A stretch of 31,743 bases of DNA from a bacterium (GTDB lineage Bacteria; Patescibacteriota; Minisyncoccia; UBA6257; Colwellbacteraceae). This document shows positions 27,048-31,743 of the stretch, in pieces. Positions within the stretch are counted from its first letter, which is position 1. Every line of letters begins with the position of its first letter. The DNA is taken from the NCBI GenBank assembly GCA_021839365.1, contig JAKCBB010000002.1:1-31743 (forward strand), given 5' to 3'. Made by a program: the position numbers and the translations under genes. The notes under the pieces are model-generated. The model did not search any database. It was given only the letters and a program-made list of their open reading frames with translations, and had not been told where the DNA came from.

Positions 27048-27094
27048 CCTTGGATGTAATGCCCTTTCGGTTCATGGAATAAACCGAAAGACAT
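27018..27094 (-). ncRNA. Candidate about 77-nt two-hairpin small RNA convergent with the NYN gene
   Basis: Lies between a TTGACC-N16-TATAAT promoter and the terminator; 5' hairpin CUUUCGGUU/AACCGAAAG (27064-27090) extendable by AUGU/GGCAU; 11-nt linker; terminator hairpin. Confidence 0.55.
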
Positions 27095-27098
27095 GATT

Positions 27099-27126
27099 AT
27101 TATACCCAACACCGACACGCGGTCAA
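27099..27126 (-). promoter_or_regulatory. Near-consensus sigma70 promoter TTGACC-N16-TATAAT
   Basis: -35 at 27126-27121, -10 at 27104-27099; points at the NYN 3' end with no long ORF before the terminator. Confidence 0.7.
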
Positions 27127-27151
27127 GGCGGACATGCTAGTGTTTCATTTT

Positions 27152-30100
27152 TTAATTTAACCCTAATTTCATATACCAATCGGTCCCGTTTTCCGAATAC
27201 CCGCCAAACGAGCATTTGTCGCAAACGGGATTAAGAGCTCTTCCGAATCCCGAACCGGAATCGCCGCCTGGATACGGATTGCCGTTCATAACGGCATTCT
27301 GCCAGGAGTTGTTGAAGTAACCCTGTAATTCCCCATAGTTTGCCACATCAAGCACGGCCCACCCGCCGTTATCGGCAGGCAATGTTATGGGAGAGGCAAA
27401 GGTAAACGTAACATCTTGCTGATCGGTAAGCGGGCTAACGTTCTTAATCACGCTCTCGCCGAGAAGATCGGCGAACGCCGGCGTTCCGGAAGAATCGGCG
27501 TATATGGATAATCTCAAATTAGTCGGCGCGTATCCTCCATACCAGTTCTGTCTGACTTTGACCGTAAACTTATCGAAGCTTAAGGCGGTCGATGAGGATA
27601 TTTTCTGAAAACTCGCCGAATCCGGCGCAGAATAATTCTGGTTTATATCCAGTGTCCCGAAGCTCTTGCCCCAGCTTCCGTCCCATTGATTCTGTTCTAT
27701 AACAAGATCCGCGGTTGGATATGTCCAGGTCGAAGTTTCCGCTATCGACGGCAAACCGAACGCATCCTTCGCGCGCAAGCCTATGACAAAATCATCTCCC
27801 GTGTTAACAAACCGCGAATATCTGTAACTCATACGGCCGGGATCGGTAAAATCAGCCCTCGGTTCCGGAGAAAGCGCCTGCCAGAGAGAATCATCCAGGC
27901 CGCCCGACGGCGATATATTTATCTCATAACTTGTCGAGTTCAAAATTCCGTCGCTGTCGCTCGCCGGATCCCAGCTGACGGCAAGTGCGGAGTTTTCCGG
28001 CTTGAGTTGAGTTACAAAAGCGGATGCAAAAACAGGCGCGGCGTGAAGGTTTTGAACCTCCTCGAGACTCAGATCCCGCAGAGGATAGTGGGCGTGATCC
28101 GCTGCCACAAGCCTGAACTTTCTTTCCCCGAAAACGTTGGGATCGTGATCATAATACGAAACCGTAATAAAGCTGCTCGTGGAAAGATTTAGATTTGAGG
28201 CCGGAAGCGCGGACGGAAGCAATAGATGTAAGCCGCTCTCGGCCTGAAGAGAAATATCGGTGGCATAGGGACCGTAATCGCAGAATCCGTTGGGAAAAAT
28301 CACGGCTGGGGCGGAGATATCCGATCCTCCGCAACTTACGTATTTTATATCGAAAGTGCTTGTGCCGGCCTGGAAATACTCCGACTTATCCGCGTCGCTG
28401 TTCAAAGAAAAGGCCAAAAGTCTCCAGTTGGTTTTCGTTCCGGCCGTTCCGCTCCAAAGAGGAGGTATAAACGGATCGTTTTGATAAAACGCGTCAATAA
28501 GATACGCATCGGCCCCGCTCCTCGGATCGCGATAAAAATAGAGACCGGACAAGAAACTCGGCGCGCTGGCGCTCGATGTCGCTTCGGCAAGCACCGTTCC
28601 ACCCTCATCCAAAGCCGACACCCTGAACTCATAGTTTCTCCCGACCTCGTTAATCCGTAACGCGGTGCCGGTGGTCGATATCAAAGAAGCAACCGAATCC
28701 GAAGTTCTGTCGTCTCCCCAAACCGTCTCGCCGGCGGAAGTCGATGTGGAGAGTTGAACGGTATAAAAGACAGCCGTACCAATGGCGGTACTGGTGGATA
28801 ATACATCGCTCGACGAGGCTTGAAGAGGTATAAAATCATCCCAACTCAAAGAAATCTTAAGATTGTCGGGATTATAGCTCGCGAAGAAATTGGTAATAGC
28901 CGGCAATGCCGCTGTTGATGTCGCCGTCGAAGCCGGAGTTGTAGTTGCGGTTGAGGTCGCGGTAGACGTGGAATTCGCATCGCTAGAAATACAAACCGAT
29001 GAAAACGCCGCTGGGCTGGGACATATTTGAATCTCGAAATCGGAGAAATTGTCTCCGCTATCCGCAAACTTCCCGTTCACGATCTTCCTTTCAAGACTCT
29101 GCCCGCCCGCCGGCTCCGGTGCGCAATTCCCTCTGCAATCGCCGGCCTCTCCCCATCCGACTTTATCGACAACCTCGTGATTGGGATTTTTTATGGCCAG
29201 AGAATTGTCGCCGGCTATGCCGTAAGTCGTCATAATATCACCGCTTATGCCGCCGTCCGGATTGGCGATAACCAGAAAATTCCCCGGTTGAATCATCCTG
29301 CCGTTAAATAATTCCGCCTTGGCAAAGGTTGAAAACTCGGCAGCGCTTTTCGTCTTTTTCATAACCGACCAGCCGGTTAAGTCCACGCTGGAATCGTTCG
29401 GGTTATAAATCTCTACAAATTCATCCTTAGTGCCGCTAACCGACGCCAACTGCACCTCTGTAATCAGAAGCTTTTTGTAGGCAACCCCGCTGCTTGTCGC
29501 GGTGCTCGTGGAATTATTATTTTCCGTATTAGTCTGCTGCGCCGCGGATACCGTGCCGCCTCCCCCGCCAGTCGGCGGGGTGTACGCTTGCCCGTTTTCT
29601 CGTTTCGGAGTTCCGCCTACAGCCGTTGAGGTGTGCCATCCTACGCTTCCCGAATTTCTTTCCATTGTCCTGCGCGACACCGGATCCCCCGCCGGCCACC
29701 CGCTTGCGCCATATACGCTGTCGGACAGCAAACATCCGCCGTTAAAAAGCTTTAGATCCGTTCCGCTGTTAACCAGGCTGCCGGTGTACGCCATATCAGC
29801 CTTAACGCCAGGTATGGAATCAACATCCGTCCGCTCAAGAAGATAAAACCCTCCGGGCGCGACAACGGCTCCGGCGGGCACGGTTATTTTTATATGCCCG
29901 TCTCTGCTTAAAACCCGCCAACCGGAAATATCGACCGCCGCGGATGAGATATTTTTCAATTCGATCCACTCGTCGTTCGCACCGCTTACGCTCCCCATCC
30001 ACGCAATCTCGTTAAGGATAACACCCGGATTGGCCAACTGGTCCTGAATAGAAAACGCACAGGAAACTTCCGCTTCCGGTTTCGTCTGAGCCGGAGGATT

Positions 30101-31743
30101 ATTGTCTGCCTTCGGCAAAGACAGCTTCGCCGGAGCGGTAGACGATGCGGGCGGCGCGACGTTTTTCTCCTCCCCGGGCGAGGATTCGGGCTTTGAAGGT
30201 TCAGGAGCGATTTTGTTAGCCTCGCCCGGGGTCGGTAACGCGGCAATCCATCTGCCGCCTGCAAGTTGGAGGGAGTTCCCGTCGCCGTCCGCTCCCTGAT
30301 CGGAAAAATAAGCAATCTTATCCAAAAGGACATCTCCGTTAAAAACGGATATTTCTCCGGAAGAATTATTTAAGGAAACAACGCTGTCCGCCAGCGTGCC
30401 TGAATAATTCGGAAACATGTTTTGAAAACTCCACGGATCGTCCGCTATCACCCCGTAAGCGCCGGGCGATAAAACAGAGGCGCCTGATTTTTTAATAAGA
30501 TGATTGGAACCGTTTACCTTGAGAATCAAAGAAGATAAATCGATTTTTTCTTTGTCGTTATTAAAAACCTCTATCCATTCTTTTCCGGGGTTCCCGCCTT
30601 TTGGATCATACATAATCTCCGTGATCCGAAGGGCGTATTTTTTATTCTTCTTATTTATCTCTTGTTGCGCGCTTGACGACGCCGCTGGGGCAGGCGGTAC
30701 GTTTACTCCGGTCTCGTCCGCCGCAGGCAGATTCACGGTCTGCACAAGCTTCCCTCCGCCATTCCCGACAATCTGATTAAAAGCGGAAATCGCAGTATCC
30801 TTAACCGCTCCGGCGAAATCGGCAAACGATGAAATTGCCTGTCCGATTTTCGACTTCGGCTCGACATCGAACGACTTCGCGTAAACCGGATCGTTTTGCG
30901 CCTTGGCAACCTCCCTGAAGAATAAATCTATAACTCCTGCGGAATACTGGACGGATTTTACAGAGAGAACATTCCAGTAAGAGGATTTAATTAAGTCGTT
31001 AGTAATATCTATATTTACAGCATAATCCGAGACGCCAAAGCCACTATTAGATTTTCGTGCAACATAGTGTTTGTTAGAGCCGTCACCATCGTAAAAATAA
31101 TAATGTTTATCGATTATTTCTGCTCTAGAAATAGACAATTCTGGATTAGAATATCCAGAATTTATTCCTATAGTATTATTGCTGTAGTAATGAGAGTTTG
31201 TATATTTAGCCAAAGATCCGAAATATAAGTCAATATTATCCACTTTTATTGGCTGTAAATTTAAAGTTTTGGTTTCTAAGTCACCATCTGGAGCGTTAAG
31301 ATTAAATCTGTCAGCATAAAGCTCATACGAATCATTTCCGGGATGAGGATCGTTGCGCGTGTGCGCAGGAACGGACATGTCCTCGAGAAGATGTAAAATA
31401 TGACCGAGCGCGAACATCGCCCCATTCTTGTCGCCGTTAATATAAAGATTTACCGCCTTCTGCCAGGTGAAATTTGTTTCGGCGGAAATTTTTGATATAT
31501 CTCTCCGCTCTATCGCCGTAAGAACCGAACCTATCGTCTCCGGCACCTTGTAGACCAAACCGTTCTGGGCGGACGGATTCTGCGACCATTCCTTGGCGCT
31601 TAGCCATTTTCCCGGAATCGGTATCGCCGCGTTTATGGCGGGATCATAAGTTATCCCGCGGTTATTGATCGGATCGTAAAAATGATCCATTGAGCGCGGG
31701 ATGTCGTCCTCCCGTCTCGAGCCATCGATAAGGAAATTGGCGT
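27152..31743 (-). CDS. Giant surface protein (>1529 aa, 5'-truncated): Zn-dependent phospholipase C/P1-nuclease-like domain, 3 lamin-tail domains, Ser/Thr linkers, Fn3-like C-terminal regions
   Basis: Frame is open beyond ATG 31690 to the window edge (ANFLIDGSRREDDIPRSMDHFYDP). PLC motifs HFYDP and LGHILHLLEDMSVPAHTRNDPH..YE. LTD motifs ITEIMYDP..EWIEVFN, LNEIAW..DEWIELKN, ITEVQL..DEFVEIYN. Fn3-like ISLSWDD and LAVSWDPASDSDG..YEI. Confidence 0.85.
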   Translation of the reverse strand, partial: ANFLIDGSRREDDIPRSMDHFYDPINNRGITYDPAINAAIPIPGKWLSAKEWSQNPSAQNGLVYKVPETIGSVLTAIERRDISKISAETNFTWQKAVNLYINGDKNGAMFALGHILHLLEDMSVPAHTRNDPHPGNDSYELYADRFNLNAPDGDLETKTLNLQPIKVDNIDLYFGSLAKYTNSHYYSNNTIGINSGYSNPELSISRAEIIDKHYYFYDGDGSNKHYVARKSNSGFGVSDYAVNIDITNDLIKSSYWNVLSVKSVQYSAGVIDLFFREVAKAQNDPVYAKSFDVEPKSKIGQAISSFADFAGAVKDTAISAFNQIVGNGGGKLVQTVNLPAADETGVNVPPAPAASSSAQQEINKKNKKYALRITEIMYDPKGGNPGKEWIEVFNNDKEKIDLSSLILKVNGSNHLIKKSGASVLSPGAYGVIADDPWSFQNMFPNYSGTLADSVVSLNNSSGEISVFNGDVLLDKIAYFSDQGADGDGNSLQLAGGRWIAALPTPGEANKIAPEPSKPESSPGEEKNVAPPASSTAPAKLSLPKADNNPPAQTKPEAEVSCAFSIQDQLANPGVILNEIAWMGSVSGANDEWIELKNISSAAVDISGWRVLSRDGHIKITVPAGAVVAPGGFYLLERTDVDSIPGVKADMAYTGSLVNSGTDLKLFNGGCLLSDSVYGASGWPAGDPVSRRTMERNSGSVGWHTSTAVGGTPKRENGQAYTPPTGGGGGTVSAAQQTNTENNNSTSTATSSGVAYKKLLITEVQLASVSGTKDEFVEIYNPNDSSVDLTGWSVMKKTKSAAEFSTFAKAELFNGRMIQPGNFLVIANPDGGISGDIMTTYGIAGDNSLAIKNPNHEVVDKVGWGEAGDCRGNCAPEPAGGQSLERKIVNGKFADSGDNFSDFEIQICPSPAAFSSVCISSDANSTSTATSTATTTPASTATSTAALPAITNFFASYNPDNLKISLSWDDFIPLQASSSDVLSTSTAIGTAVFYTVQLSTSTSAGETVWGDDRTSDSVASLISTTGTALRINEVGRNYEFRVSALDEGGTVLAEATSSASAPSFLSGLYFYRDPRSGADAYLIDAFYQNDPFIPPLWSGTAGTKTNWRLLAFSLNSDADKSEYFQAGTSTFDIKYVSCGGSDISAPAVIFPNGFCDYGPYATDISLQAESGLHLLLPSALPASNLNLSTSSFITVSYYDHDPNVFGERKFRLVAADHAHYPLRDLSLEEVQNLHAAPVFASAFVTQLKPENSALAVSWDPASDSDGILNSTSYEINISPSGGLDDSLWQALSPEPRADFTDPGRMSYRYSRFVNTGDDFVIGLRAKDAFGLPSIAETSTWTYPTADLVIEQNQWDGSWGKSFGTLDINQNYSAPDSASFQKISSSTALSFDKFTVKVRQNWYGGYAPTNLRLSIYADSSGTPAFADLLGESVIKNVSPLTDQQDVTFTFASPITLPADNGGWAVLDVANYGELQGYFNNSWQNAVMNGNPYPGGDSGSGFGRALNPVCDKCSFGGYSENGTDWYMKLGLN

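Noticed and set aside
27035-27094. 19-codon leaderless ORF MSFGLFHEPKGHYIQGQPS inside the candidate small RNA
   Set aside because: The ATG is buried in the 5' hairpin, the stop falls in the terminator loop, and the peptide is not hydrophobic like type I toxins. A peptide antitoxin cannot be fully excluded without Ribo-seq or conservation data.

Overview
Almost entirely minus-strand, gene-dense window (about 50% GC, genetic code 11 with TGA used as stop). Inferred origin is a Patescibacteria/CPR bacterium, probably Parcubacteria: Shine-Dalgarno sites are rare, leaders are AT-rich or near-leaderless, ValRS is short, and several gene families are CPR-type. The left end (1-8279) is a co-oriented accessory cluster. 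In transcription order it encodes an HExxH protein, a small helical protein translationally coupled to a membrane-anchored VirD4/TraD-like (HerA/FtsK superfamily) ATPase, a 976-aa effector-like protein with a hydrophobic hairpin and four 55-aa repeats, a DUF5663-like protein and a GGDEF protein. The middle is housekeeping and protein quality control: htpX, lemA, groESL, rmuC, GT2, tRNA-Glu, hsp20, prsW, valS, tsaD, HAD-IIB/PMM-like, tRNA-Leu, rpiB, gap and methyltransferases. It also holds two tandem paralogous membrane proteins, one fused to a type IV pilin-like head. The right end has an AT-rich NYN (PIN-like) nuclease gene facing a fully signposted about 77-nt convergent small RNA (promoter, hairpin, terminator), a candidate RNA-antitoxin module. 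It ends with a giant N-truncated surface protein: Zn-phospholipase C/P1-nuclease domain, three lamin-tail domains and Fn3-like regions. No CRISPR array, IS, integrase or rRNA was seen. All family assignments come from motif recognition by eye, not from database searches.
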